Shown one piece after another: positions 1-12,240 of a stretch of DNA of 64,000 bases. How positions within the stretch are numbered: position 1 is the stretch's first letter; each line of letters starts with the position of its first letter. The translations under genes were made by a program, and so were the position numbers. Under the pieces are notes generated by a model, which worked only from the letters and a program-made list of their open reading frames with translations, was not told the DNA's origin and searched no databases. This stretch comes from Podospora anserina (Eukaryota): NCBI GenBank assembly GCA_017654855.1, contig CM030337.1:1922001-1986000 (forward strand). The letters run 5' to 3'.

Positions 1-1286
1 TCCTGGAAGGAGCTGGACTATCTTGGGTCTTTCCTTCTGTAAGTCATGCTTCCCCACACCTCTGCCGGTATTTGCTAACATTACGAACAGTATGGCCTTC
101 GCAGTCCTGGTTGTTTTTCCCTTCCAGAACCTATCAAGTCAAAAGGCAGAGGGCGACTTGTCCAGCTTGAATCCATACGCCCAGCCAACATTCATCTACC
201 CCCTCGTCGGCGCCGCCCTTGCTCTCTTGCTGCTCATCGGTTGGCAAACATTTGCTATCCGTGGCCCTCGGAAACTCAAGTCCCTCGCCTTTGCCTTCCC
301 CCCTTCCCTTTGCAACCGAAAGTACATCGCCACAATTTTGGTCACAGCCCTAACCGGCTTCCCTTACCTCTTGTCCGTGTACGCATTTCCCATCCGCTTC
401 CAAGTCGTCCACGGGAAATCATCCCTCGAAGCAGGCCTCATGCTCCTCCCTATGCTAGCCTCCTCGGCCATCGGAACTGTCACAGCCAGTCTAGTCAACA
501 ACGGGTGCATAACAGGGCAGAAGAAACCTCGCTTTTTTGAGACGTTTCTCCTCGCCTGTCTGACTATGCTCATCGGCTGCGCCGCCCAGACAACACTGGG
601 TGACACCGATGACGGGAGCATCACCGGGTTCGACGCCAAAGATGTCGGGTTGTTGTCCCTCATTGGCTTTGGGTTTGGCATGTCGGCCTGCGGAGCGACA
701 ATGTTTATCAACCTCGAAAGTCCCATCGGAGATCACGGTATGTCTTCCCCTTTTATTTCCAACCCCACACAATCGCTTACAACCCCCCCTAGCATCCGCC
801 CAAGGAATCATAGCCCAATTCCGCATCCTAGGCGGCTCAATCGGCATTGCTGTCTCTTCCGCCATCTTGGGGGGGAAACTCCGTCCTTCAACAACCCCCG
901 AAATGAGCTCTCTCGTCCTGGCTCACATTGTCAGCCCAACGCCAGACTTTGGCGATGATGACTGGGCCGCTGTTCGCAAGGTGTATACCTCTGCGTTGAG
1001 GGAGGACATGAAAGTCTGCTGCGGGGTGTTGGCTGCGGCGGTGGTGTGCAGTCTGTTTGTTTACCGCCGGTACTGGCTCACGACGGGGGAGATTATGGAG
1101 TTGAGGTATGAGGAGGAGCTGGATAGGAGGATTGGGCTTTTGAGGGAGGATGTGGAGCCTCATGTGATGGCGGTGAGGGATAAGTTGATCAAGATTAGGG
1201 AGGAGATCTTTGAGGGGAAGCGGAGGCCTTTTCCCGGGATTAAGCGTGGGAGGACGAGGTTGGGGGAGGAGATTGAGGGAGTTTAG
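1..1286 (+). CDS. MFS transporter (DHA2-like, 14-TM drug:H+ antiporter), 5'-truncated by the window edge
   Basis: Multiple hydrophobic helices with MFS-like motifs (PIRFQVVHGKSSLEAGLMLLP; AQGIIAQFRILGGSIG). Introns 39-90 and 738-792 (GT..AG) join ORFs 23..958 and 600..1286. Confidence 0.8.
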
Positions 1287-1855
1287 GGAAAAGCAACGGG
1301 GTCGATGGAGGGTGAAGGGTAGCGGTGGGAGTTGGAGTGATGGTCGAAAGAGTGGGTGGATGGGTGGATGGGTGGAAGAGATGAAAAGGGTTTTTTGTGT
1401 TGAGAGGACGGTGGTTCCTGATCATCCATGAGGACATCGATCTTGATGGCATTCTTTTGGGTCTTTTCTTCTTCTTTCTTTTCTCTGGTAAATTCTTGCA
1501 AGTTGGATATTCAAGACTCTCAATCTATTTCTGTGAATAGTTACAAAGCCTGCAATGCGACCAAATCCGAGTTTTGTTTCGGGTTTGGATCGACCAGGTC
1601 TTGCGTGCCTAAATATTTGTCCAGGTTGACATGTGATCCTCTTGCAGCTCATCATCCGGAGGTCCTTGACTCTACCTGTTTGGCTGAAAAGTACCTAGCT
1701 CCTGTAATGTATACCACTAAACGTTTAATGTAGCGGTCGACATCTAGACCAGGGTATCTGTAAATTTGGGAAATAAAAGCAGAGAAAGCATCTACTGTCT
1801 AAGGTATACAAAAGGTGGACCGACCAAGCCACGGCCCAGCATGCACCATGTAACG

Positions 1856-4462
1856 TCACTTCCACCTCTGCCTCACGAAATATCCCGCGTCGAGATCGCC
1901 TCTATCCTTTAATTCTCTGAGTTGTTCCTCCAACTGGGAGGAACTTTGCTTCGGGTCGATGACCAGCATTCTGTGCTGAATCAAATCCAAGAAATCGTGG
2001 AAAAACCTTGTACATTCCGATCTTTCGCGCATGTCATCGGCGAACTGAGGGTTCTGGTTAGCCAATGTTCTTCTTCACTGTCTCGCAGTAAACTAGGGAA
2101 AGGCCGGACGTATACCATACCTGCGCAACATAGTCTTTCACCTCAGCCCAAACCTCCCCAGTGTGATCGTCCCTGGCTATCCAGAAAACGGCGTCGAGTG
2201 AACCCTCCCTCGCCCCGACCGCAGGTCAGGCTCTGCCCAGGCCGAAACAAAACTGTCAAAATATGCCCAGCCGCCAAAGCACCAGGTGGCAAACTCGAGC
2301 AGGACACATCCAAGGGACCAAATGTCATACGCTGTGCCAATCGACACCTGTCTTTCAACAAGATGTTCTGGGGTTTCAGGTCCCCATGTTGACAGACCAG
2401 CGTTCTCGGGTCAGGATCGCTCATGTTTTGATGAATATCTAATTCACTACAAAACAGAGACCTTCTGACAAGCTTTGCTCGTTCTTCAAAGCCGTCGGAA
2501 GAAGATCTTGAGCTCTGCTGGACTTGTCTTAGTGCTGATGTGAGGCCATGACATTGCTGAGCTAGCCACCTTGCCGTGCCCTCGTCATTGTGGGCTTGTG
2601 ACTTGTTTCCTGTTTTCCAGTACTGGAGAAGGTCACAGTCGGCCAGCGGGAAGAGAAGATGGAATTTCTCGTCATACTCGTACGTGACCAATAGGGTGAT
2701 GATATGTGGGTGCGGCTTTTTTTTCATGGCTTTGAGAATGCCGACCTCCTTGTCGGACTTCTTTCTGTCCGAGTCGGCGGAGTGAAGAGTTTTGACTGAG
2801 AAGTAATCGGGTTGAGTCGTGTTCTACGAGAGTTGTGTGGAGAAGCTTTAGTTGAAGGTCATGTGGTCTGGCGTACCTTTCGGTCTCCCTCCTGGCCGAC
2901 AGGCTTTGTCGTATCTATCTCCTCTGCCATTTGCTTTTCCCCTGTCTCCGCCCCCTTCCTTCCCTTCGAAGCAAATTCCTTGAACCCATGATGGGTCATG
3001 ATGAATTTTAACTTGCTCAACCTTGCCAGAGCCCCCCCTCCTTCCTACGGGCTCCAGCTCGAGGAATGGCAAGATAGTATGGCGCTGAAGAATGTAGTGT
3101 GTGATTTTGTTAGACGTATTGCGGGCGAAGTATGGCGAAAGGACTGTCCATTGCCAGGACTCGAAGTTTCTCCTGTCTTGTTTACTCCAAGATTTGAAGC
3201 ACGCAGTCGAGTGTCGGGTTTATCCTTCACACGGTAGCTCAAAGCGCTTCGAAACGGTGTGAATGACCGGAGTGAGGGCAGAATCAGAGACCCCTTCGTC
3301 GATAAATGCTTGGACCTTGTCTATTTTCTCCCCACACAACAAGATGATGGCGACGATCTTTCGGTATGTCACTTTGGGTTCCTTCTTCGTGTTGTTTGTT
3401 TCTTCCGAAACAATTCCGCAGACTTGTGAAGCGGTGATGCGTACTCGTTTCTCGAGGGAATCGCTGGTCGAGGGCCGGAAGTCCAAAAACTTTTTTGAAA
3501 GCGTCTCCGGATTGATCGATTCATGGATTCTTGTAGCTCTTGGACAATGACGTCTACCTTGATGAGCTCGTCAAGCTGAGACCTTGGTACAAACCCTTGA
3601 GTTTCCACCTTGTGATATTTGGGTTTCACGACAGCCCTGTGTATCTGAGACTGCAGACTTGTTGAGGTTAACTCGGAACTGGCACTGGATGCTTCTGACT
3701 TGGAAGAGGTTTCTGTGTCTCTGCGTCTTGAATACATTCCATCACCAAGATCCGTGATGACGGTGACGCTGGGCTCAATCAAGGCAGCGGGGGACCTTGG
3801 GATCTCTCCCTGCGTAAGGTCTGAGCCTACAATGTTGGCTTTATCTACAGGAAGAAGACGCTGACTTGTGTTATGTTGAAGCTTCAAATGGCCGTTTGTA
3901 CTTTTGCCGGACTAGAGTGTACTTTTAGCAATAATACCTTGAATCGATACCTGGCTCACTAGGTAAATCAAATAGAAATAGAAGATGACGGGCTTACGAT
4001 AATATCAGGTCCAAGACTGAAAACCTCCTCGTCCGCTTCGTCAGTACCAGCAAGTGTCGCGGTTCCATCCCGATCATTTTGGGTCAACCCCAGCAAAGCC
4101 TCGGGGAGATGTTCAAGACTGCCTCCATATAACATGGAGGGGCAGTTTGGCGTAACAGAACCATCGTTAGGCGTCGAAGGTCTCGGGCTGTGATCAAGTT
4201 CGCCTACCGCCTCTATATTGGCAATATCACTCGCCTTTGTGAGTAATTCCTCCAGCACTGATGGTTGACTTGGGTGGTTGAGGCGCGGCACAGGCTTCCC
4301 CGCTGGTGTGACGATGATAGGAATGACAACAGCGCCGGTGAGGGAGTCTGGAATATGTGGCATGTTTGCCTCTGGGGGCTCCTCATCGCCCCACAAATCG
4401 GTTTTGATAGGAATAGGTTTTTGCTCTCTGGAGCTTTTTGTTAGAGTATCTCTGAATATCAT
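1856..4462 (-). pseudogene. Ser/Thr protein kinase pseudogene, partner of the divergent kinase-HET gene
   Basis: ATG at 4462; intron 3912-3997. Kinase motifs are spread across frames: LPF..GGSGKVEQVKIH, FSVK, HPHIITLL, HGDLKPQNILL, YDIWSLGCVLLEFATW. At least 4 frameshifts (~3490, ~3235, ~3200, ~2995). The DFG/APE segment is missing at ~2345. Confidence 0.8.
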
Positions 4463-4571
4463 CAACTTTTACACATCTCTGCGGACGCCCGATACAATAG
4501 CGGCTGCTCCGTAGTCAGTTGACCTTAATCACTATTATCATCACTCTATCAAACTGAGTCCTGATCACATC
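4463..4571. promoter_or_regulatory. Very short intergenic region between divergent genes; putative bidirectional promoter
   Basis: Only 109 bp separate the divergent ATGs at 4462 (-) and 4572 (+). Function is inferred. Confidence 0.4.
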
Positions 4572-7500
4572 ATGGCTTCGAGCCCTATAACGCCAAGCGA
4601 CGAAGCACCGCATTACGACCTATCCTCATCTTCGTCTTCGGAAGATGGTGAGAATGATCAATTGTGCAACCTGATTATGCAGAGGGAAGCCACCAGTTGT
4701 TTCGACGGGGGCGGCCACATATTCACCCCAGAAGGAACCCTCGACGAGCTGCTAACTCCAGATGTCATCAAGAAGGAGCCAATGCGTTGTGCCCGCGATC
4801 CTCAGAAGGCGGAACGTGATATAGATGTTCTTGTCACCTACATCGAACAAAAGGCCAAGAAGCTATTCGCTATTGTTGTTAGACAGATCAAGTTCGACAA
4901 GCCTCATTATCTCAACAAGACTATGCACCTCTTCAAGCATGGTCCCAACGGCGGACTTTCAGATAGGAACCTCCCCCTGCCACGTCCTGCAGACGGCGAG
5001 AAACATATTTTGACCTTATTCAACCCGCCCCCTGGTAAGGGGAAGATGATATGGACAGAACGGAATATTGGCGAGTTCTGTAGATATCAATGGGCAGTCC
5101 AGGTTCCTGTTTTTCGTGTCGCCACCAAGACATCTTTCAGTCTCGACATTCCTCGGGGTCCTTGCCTGCCATTCATTGAGAAGGACGTGTCAACACGCCA
5201 GAGTGGTGGGTTTGGTGAGGTGGTGAAGTGTCGAATTCATCGCAAACATCTCATCAATGAAGAGAACCCAGTAAGCTGATTCAACCTACCTGAAACTATC
5301 ATGTCGAAACAGAAGTCTGATATTGCTGACACGCATACTCAAATTCAAAGAGCCTGACGTGGGGATACGTGGCCGTCAAGGAGATAGTGCCAAGAAATCA
5401 ACAGGATCGTGCCAAGAAATCAACAGGATCGTGCCACCATGATTCAAGATTGGGAGCAAGAAGCTAGGACTCTGCAAGAGACAAACACCCTTGGCCAGGA
5501 GCACATTGTGCAGTTCATCACCGCTTTTCGGCGTTGCGGAGCCCATTACATGTATCTCATGTTTGAATGGGCTGATGGCGGGAACCTTCGGAATTTCTGG
5601 AAAACATATCCCCGACCAATGCCAGCGTCGCCCACGTCAACGCCCGTTCGAGACTCGCTTACACAGATTTGGATGCTCGCCCAAGCACTCGAGGCAGCCC
5701 ATTATCCATCTGGGGATCGAAGGCGATTCCGTCACGGAGATTTGAAACCGGAGAATATCCTTTGGTTCAGGGACAACACAGGAGAAGGTGGTGGCATGGG
5801 TAAGTTCAAGATTGGAGATTGGGGGCTAGCAAAAGGGCATGACCTTGAGACGGAACTTCGTAGCAACAGAACATCAACTCCCTACGGAACACGACACTAC
5901 GAATCACCTGAAGAGAAAACTGGAACAGACGTCCTAGCCACCGGCGGCAAGTGACGATCCAGATTGTATGACATTTGGGCAATGGGCTGCATCACGCTGG
6001 AGTTTATCATCTGGCTATTGTATGGCTCGGATGGCTTGGACCACTTCAATCAAAGTATCGGACATGACAGCCCGATGTATCAAACAACCACCATGGTTGA
6101 GGGGAAGGTCGCCAGGGTACACGACGTGGTGGTGCGGTGGCTGGATTACATGTCAGGCCTTCCAGCATGCGAACCAGGAAGCACAGCCATTGGATCTCTT
6201 CTGGAGGTTGTCAAGAACAATCTTCTAGCTGTCAAGCTACCCAAAGGCCTGGGCTCTATGACAGGTTCTCCTCGACGCCGCTCACTCAGCAACATGGCAC
6301 CCAGAACCTCGGACGTCGATGTCATGCCCGCTTCGAGCTCCACGGCATCCTTAGAGGCCAACATGGCCCCGGGTTCGATCCCCGCAATCAAAATTTCGGA
6401 ACATGTGGACGAGAAATTAACCGAAGATCTGGAGAACATCGGGATTTCTGCTGGGCAAGGGCGGGCTCGCGCAAATGACCTTGTTTTGCTGATGGATCAC
6501 ATCATGCTGGAAGAAGACACCTCAGACAGTTATTGGTCCATTCAAGATTTTGCTGATTTAAGGTTACCTCAGCATCTCTCAGGTCACAGGCGGAACGAAC
6601 ACCAAGCGAGTATAATGGTTGTCAGCACGCGGCACAACGATGAAGGCACCAAGACTTCAGTGCCAGGCTCTACCGCGAAGCAAACGGTCTTTTTCCCACG
6701 TCCTGCCAATATCACCCAGAGTTATCTATTGGCTCCAGAACGTGTCGACTATGGCAGTCCACAATTCGATGAATTTTGGAAGCGCAGTGTGGATAACAAG
6801 CTCGCCGCCGTCTTGTTTGACATCTACCGTCGCTACCCGGATCCATCGTCACTCAGAGCCGAACCAACCCGCAAACTCTGTGGAACATGTCAATGCTCTG
6901 AAAGACTACTCCGTGAACCAGTTTTCAGCGAGGAATACAACCTAGGAACACTCAGATATTCCGCCGAGCAAGCGAAGTGTAACCTATGCGCGTTGCTCTG
7001 GGCGGCATGCCAGCAAACGGCACGGCCTCCGCCAACTACCGCCCGCTTTGATCGCAAAGGCTCCTACATACACATCAACTCCTCCGGCGGACCTGCTCTT
7101 TCCATATCCGTAACACCCTCTTTCAGTCTCCCATCAGAAAATGAAAACAGTGAGATACAAGTCGGACTTGTGCGGCTACCGCCCCTCAATAGTGATGCTC
7201 ATTTCGAAGTCATCCGACAGTGGCTCGCAGACTGCGACGAGAATCACGGCTGTATGACAACTGATTCACATAAGCCCATATCAGCCACTCGATCACAACT
7301 ACTTCCCACGCGCGTCATCGACGTAAGCCCTCCTGGCTCTGCTGATGTCCGCCCAGTGGAAACAGCCCGAGGATCGACCGGACGCTGGATAGCAGTCTCG
7401 CACCAATGGGGCGCCAAACCCTGCACCGTCAAGTCCAACCTTGCCTCTCACCTGAAGGGCATCCCCCTGTCTTCGCTCCCTGCCACATTTGCCGACGCGG

Positions 7501-8779
7501 TAAAAGTGACACGTGCCCTTGGGTGCCAGTACCTCTGGATTGACTCCATTTTTGTCGTTCAGAAGGAGGAGGATGACCCAGGAGACTTCAACAAGGAGAT
7601 GAAAAACATGGAGCAGTATTACTCTGGGGCATACTGTGTTCTGGGCCTCAGCGCGGGCGAGGGACACGGGGCTGGGTTTCTAGCGGAGAGAAAGAGAAGG
7701 GAAGTGGTGACGTTTGAAGGTGGAGGTGGAGGCCAGTTTCACATTGCGGAAGCAATAGATGATTTTGGGAAGCATGTTCTTCAAGGGCCGCTCAGGAGTC
7801 GGGGGTGGGTGTCGCAGGAACACGCTTTGGCGAGGAGAACGGTGTTCTTTACGGAGGCTCAGACGTATTGGGAATGCGGAGAAGGGTTAGGCGCGAGACG
7901 GGCACAAGGATGAATAAGTAAGTATCACTCAGCAGCCATTTGAGGGAGGGATCTCATGATAGAGGCTAACCGATACTGTTATCAGCACCCGGGCAGCCTT
8001 CCTGGGCGATCCCAAGTTTCCGTACCTCCTTAATGAATGTTGACCAAGGCGAAAAGATCCTACACTGCCAAGACCTTTTCAAGGTCTACTCACGTCTAGG
8101 GCTGACCAACAGCTTTGACCGCCCAGCAGCCATCGACAGCCTCCAGTCTCGAATCTTACGAGCCCTCAAGGCCAAGGGCAGGTTCGGTATCTTTGACGAG
8201 GGCAAGTCTTTGGGTCTTTTGCGGCGTAGTCTACTGTGGCAGCGGGATGATGGTTCCGATGATGGCATCAGCACCAACACAGAAAAGTTGATACCCATCA
8301 TCTTTCCCCCAGACACGGCCATCTCTGCGGTGCCGTCGTGGTCGTGGATGAAGTACGAGGGCGGGATCAAGTATGTGAATGTCGTGTTTGATAGTGTGGA
8401 GTGGGAATGGGTTGAATCACCCTGGTTTAGGACGAGGCATCGCCAACAGTCTGAGAGGAGACCAAGGGGCAATGATGTCACTCTGGTGACCAAGGTACAA
8501 GATGATGGTAATCGGTGTGGAGAGGGAAATATCATCTTGGATTGTCCTGGACAATCAAGCCCACATCTGCCACACAAGTGTGTGGTTTTGGGAAGGCAGA
8601 AGCACTTTGACGAGAGGAATGGGAGAAAGCAGCTTTGTTATGTTTTGATACTGCGTGAGACGGGGGGCAGCTTCATGCACCCAGGACACGGGAAGCTTAA
8701 GATTTATGAGCGAACTGGTGCTGGGAGTCTACCAGTCACATGTTTGGATGGTGGAAGAGTAATGGTCGCGATTCAATAG
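4572..8779 (+). pseudogene. Protein kinase-HET (heterokaryon incompatibility domain) fusion gene, disrupted
   Basis: Kinase motifs: GGFGEV, VAVKE, HGDLKPENIL, DWG, YESPE, YDIWAMGC. HET motifs at ~7386-7830: AVSHQWG, LPATFADAV, YLWIDS, MEQYYSGAYCVL, RGWVSQE. Post-HET PSWSW motif. Introns 5271-5350 and 7918-7985. Lesions: 22-bp duplication at 5387-5430, in-frame TGA at 5952-5954, frameshifts at ~7886 and ~8030. Confidence 0.88.
5387..5436 (+). repeat. Perfect 22-bp tandem duplication (gtgccaagaaatcaacaggatc x2 + gtgcca)
   Basis: Read directly. Removing one copy restores VAVKEIVPRNQQDRATMIQDWEQE. Confidence 0.95.
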
Positions 8780-9524
8780 GGAAAAGCTGAGGTGAATCAC
8801 AGAAACCATACAAGACTGTGGCATACCAGCTTACCTTAACTAGATGGCAGGCGACCCTGATTTCAATGTGTTTCATTGTCTCCCAAGTTACTCACTTGTT
8901 AACTTCCTACCTACAATCACAACTATACAATAAGCAGTTCCTTGACAGAAATTTGGATGAGTGGTAACACACTAAAGCAACAATTGTTTGTGACATGTTC
9001 ACCGATTCGGCCTGTGTAGGAAGTCGAAGATAGCTAAACGCTGGCCATATCCAAGACCCAGCTGAACTCACTCACCATGCTGTCAAGGCAGACTTGTTGT
9101 GGTTTAACTGAGGCTGAGCTCAGATAGCTCCTTCAACTGTTCACCAGTCCTACAGCTTGTCGTGCCACCTGAAACCGCATGCACCTAACCGCCGTGCTAA
9201 GTCCAGCCACAATCCTGAGTCAATCCTAGGTCTTCCTTTGACAGAATTGGCCAAAGACAAAGGGATAATCAAGGCTGACAGTTAAATAGGACGTCCACAT
9301 ACCGTGCATCTGCATGTGCAGTCCTCATGCACCGAGGCCCGCAGCCCCTCCTTTGTGCGACCACCGACCTGAGCCTCATCATGTCCTCAAAACCGCAATT
9401 GTTCCCAGTCTTCCTCCAGTTTATGAAAGCTTCCTCATCCCATGCTCCCAGTTTGACATCCACTGGAGATATCACATCTATCAACATCTTCTATCGCAAA
9501 ACACCAACTTTCATCCACCTTACA

Positions 9525-10172
9525 ATGGCCTTCCCCAACATCCTCTCCTGCCTCTGCGGCCCCACCTCAGACGACCATCCATCCCACCACGACGAGAAAT
9601 CCCCCCTCTACCCCTCCAGCACCCCATACACCGACCAACCCAAACCCCAACCCATACCCCCCTCTCTTTCCCCCTCCCCTTTGATCAACGACATCCTCAC
9701 CCTCCTCCTCACCACACCCCTCCCCATCACCCCCTCCGCCTCCCAATCCCGAATCGGCACCACCCTCGACCTCCACACCACCTCCTGGTCCGAATACCTC
9801 GCCGAAAAGATCCTCCATGCCCTCTCCGACCTCCTCGCCACCGCCACCGATCCCGAGTCCCGCAAGTCCTGGGGCGAGGCCCTCTCCCAAGCCTACGACA
9901 CCTCCATCACCATCGCCGAGGAGCTCTTCAATGACCTCGTCGAGTATGTCAAGGGCCACCCCTACGAAATCGCTGCTACGGTGCTCCTGTCATTGGTGAC
10001 ATTTGGGGTTTTGGTCCGTCTTGCTCCACGGGTGCTGGTGCTGCTTGGTTTCAGCGCCGAGGGTCCGGTGGAGGGGAGCTGGGCGGCTTGGTTTCAGAGT
10101 ATCTATGGAGGATACGTACCCAAGGGTTCGCTGATGAGTTACTTGCAGAGGCTGGGGATGACGTGGGAGTGA
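9525..10172 (+). CDS. 215-aa membrane protein with C-terminal ISG12/IFI6-IFI27 (Ifi-6-16)-like motif
   Basis: Intact ORF with ATG in a CACCTTACAATG context. TM helix followed by LGFSAEGPVEGSWAAWFQSIYGGYVPKGSLMSYLQRLG. Confidence 0.7.
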   Translation: MAFPNILSCLCGPTSDDHPSHHDEKSPLYPSSTPYTDQPKPQPIPPSLSPSPLINDILTLLLTTPLPITPSASQSRIGTTLDLHTTSWSEYLAEKILHALSDLLATATDPESRKSWGEALSQAYDTSITIAEELFNDLVEYVKGHPYEIAATVLLSLVTFGVLVRLAPRVLVLLGFSAEGPVEGSWAAWFQSIYGGYVPKGSLMSYLQRLGMTWE

Positions 10173-10340
10173 TCTGATTTGTGCCGGTTAAAGGGAGTCA
10201 TTGACGGGAAGGGGTTCATGTTGATGTTCTTTGATTTTGACGAAGAAATTCGCTTCCTTTACTCGAAGTGTCAGATGCTGACGTGCTGTTATAACTGTGT
10301 ATTCCGGGTTGGACTTCAGTGCCAGATCCTGATGGTTGAA

Positions 10341-12042
10341 TTAAAACCTCTTGGAGTCTTTCTCTGGTTTAGGAGTTCTCGGTTCAAGCTTTTCCACTTG
10401 GAAAGACCTTTTCTCCAACGCGTCTGGGTCAAGCGTGCTGTTCCCATCATACTGCCGATAGGCCTTCAATGTAGACTCGGTGAGAGGGACGTAGACTTTT
10501 CGGATGAGGTTTCTGATTGCCGGGACGGGTTTCGGAACCGGGGGCTTGTCCTCATCCTCGAGAACGACCCCTGATTCTGAAACGGGTAGCTCGTCTTGTT
10601 CTTCTTGGGGGATTCTTGACACTAGTGCTTCATCTTGTTCTTTTTGGACGACCTCCGGGCCACGCGGTGTGGTGGCCTCACGGGTGACGTCCTGTGGATA
10701 AAAATGCGGGATCTTTCGAATAGGTATCCCGCTCTCAGTTTGAATATCATCAAACGACTGCCGGGCGTTTGGCTGATTTTTGCGCGGCTTGAAGGGTGAG
10801 TACCACATGTGCTCGGGTCCCACCTCGATGTTTGCAAACCACTCGTGCTCCAAGGCCTCGCGTGCCGTGATTCTCTTGCTTGGATCCAGATGAGTCATCT
10901 TGGTGACCACGTCCACAAACCCAAGGTCGACGTGATTCTCCAGCCCGGGCAAAGGCTTCCGAAGACCAAAGGTCGTTTCTTTGACGAGTTTGTTGAGGGG
11001 GCCGTACCACTGGTTAGGTTCGTCTTTGACTTGTTCGAGCAGCCCCATCAACGCATCCGCATCTCCGAAATGGTTGAACCATATCTCGAGTTTGGCCAGT
11101 TGTTTCTGTGTCGGGACACCGCTGGCGAGTCCGCCCAACGCCGCGAGTCTCTTCTGTGGGAATCCGGTGTCGGCACACTTGAGGTTGAGGTTGTTGAGCA
11201 TAAAGTTGACAGACGTGAGGCCAAATGAAAACACGTCAGATGGCCTGGCTTGGCGACCTCGGATCCAAAACTCGGGACTCTTCCAGGGCAAATCTTCGAT
11301 GCCGAGGCGATAATGATCGATACGCTGCTTAGAAAGGTAGGGTAAGACGGCGTCCTCAAAGCGACCGAGCTGGACCTTGTGGACGCCATTGGATGGACTG
11401 GATCCCAACTTTGGACCGTAGTCGACAAGAATGGCACTTGGTCTGATATCTGCATTTTTTGGTCAGCCTTGGATCGTGGCTCTAGAGACGGCAGAACGTA
11501 CTAAGATGGGCGAGATCTGTGTTGTGAAGCGCCGCCAGGCCAGTCAGAGCACGTTTGAGGATTTCCTTGCGTGTTTCGTATGGTAGCCCAGGATGCTCGC
11601 GGATTAGACCGTTGACATTATACGGAAGGGTGCGATATATCAGAAGCTGCTCGTCACTGGCGACGTCGTACAAAGTCTGCAAGTTCGGGTGCTGTTGAAG
11701 CATCTGAGATGCTCCAAGCAAGTGCCTGACTTGCGAGTACCTTCGTACTTCTTTAAGAACAAACGTTTCTTTTAGGCCCTCCACCCACTTTATCGCTTGG
11801 TATGTCCGGCATACTGGCCCTCTTGGTTTCCACGTGGAAACCTGTGTTATCTCGTACTTGTCAGCCCTCAACCCCCAAACCACGTCACCCAGTGCCTGTG
11901 GCGGACGTTCGACTGGTGGGAGTTTGTTGGAGTTTGGCTCGGATGCCTGGGTATGCTGAAAGCGACACAAGGTTCTGCCGCGATATAGGACATGATGTGT
12001 ACGCCGCACCCCAACTGGGGTCTGTGCTTGTATAGGCCTCAT
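10341..12042 (-). CDS. Protein-kinase-fold protein, likely pseudokinase (~549 aa)
   Basis: Exons 12042-11502 and 11449-10341 (intron GTACGT..GCTGAC..CAG) splice in frame. Motifs: FVLKE, HLNIRPSAIL, VQLGRFEDA, WKSPE, SDVFSFG, DPSKRITAREALEHEWF. Confidence 0.8.
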
Positions 12043-12234
12043 GTTTGTGAATGATGTTTGATCATTTTATTTCGTAGATATAGAGAAACAAATGTTCGAG
12101 ATATCAACGAATGGGAAGAAGCGTCCGTTGCAAATTCTTGCTCCACTTCTATCCGCCAATCGTTTCGCAAGATAAATCCACCAGCAAAACACCTGCTCGC
12201 AGCTGGTGATGGAGTTATAAAATAAAATACTTCC

Positions 12235-12240
12235 AAAAAA
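12235..12240 (-). terminator. Pol III oligo-T terminator of the 5S gene
   Basis: A6 on the plus strand directly abuts the 5S 3' end. Confidence 0.85.
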
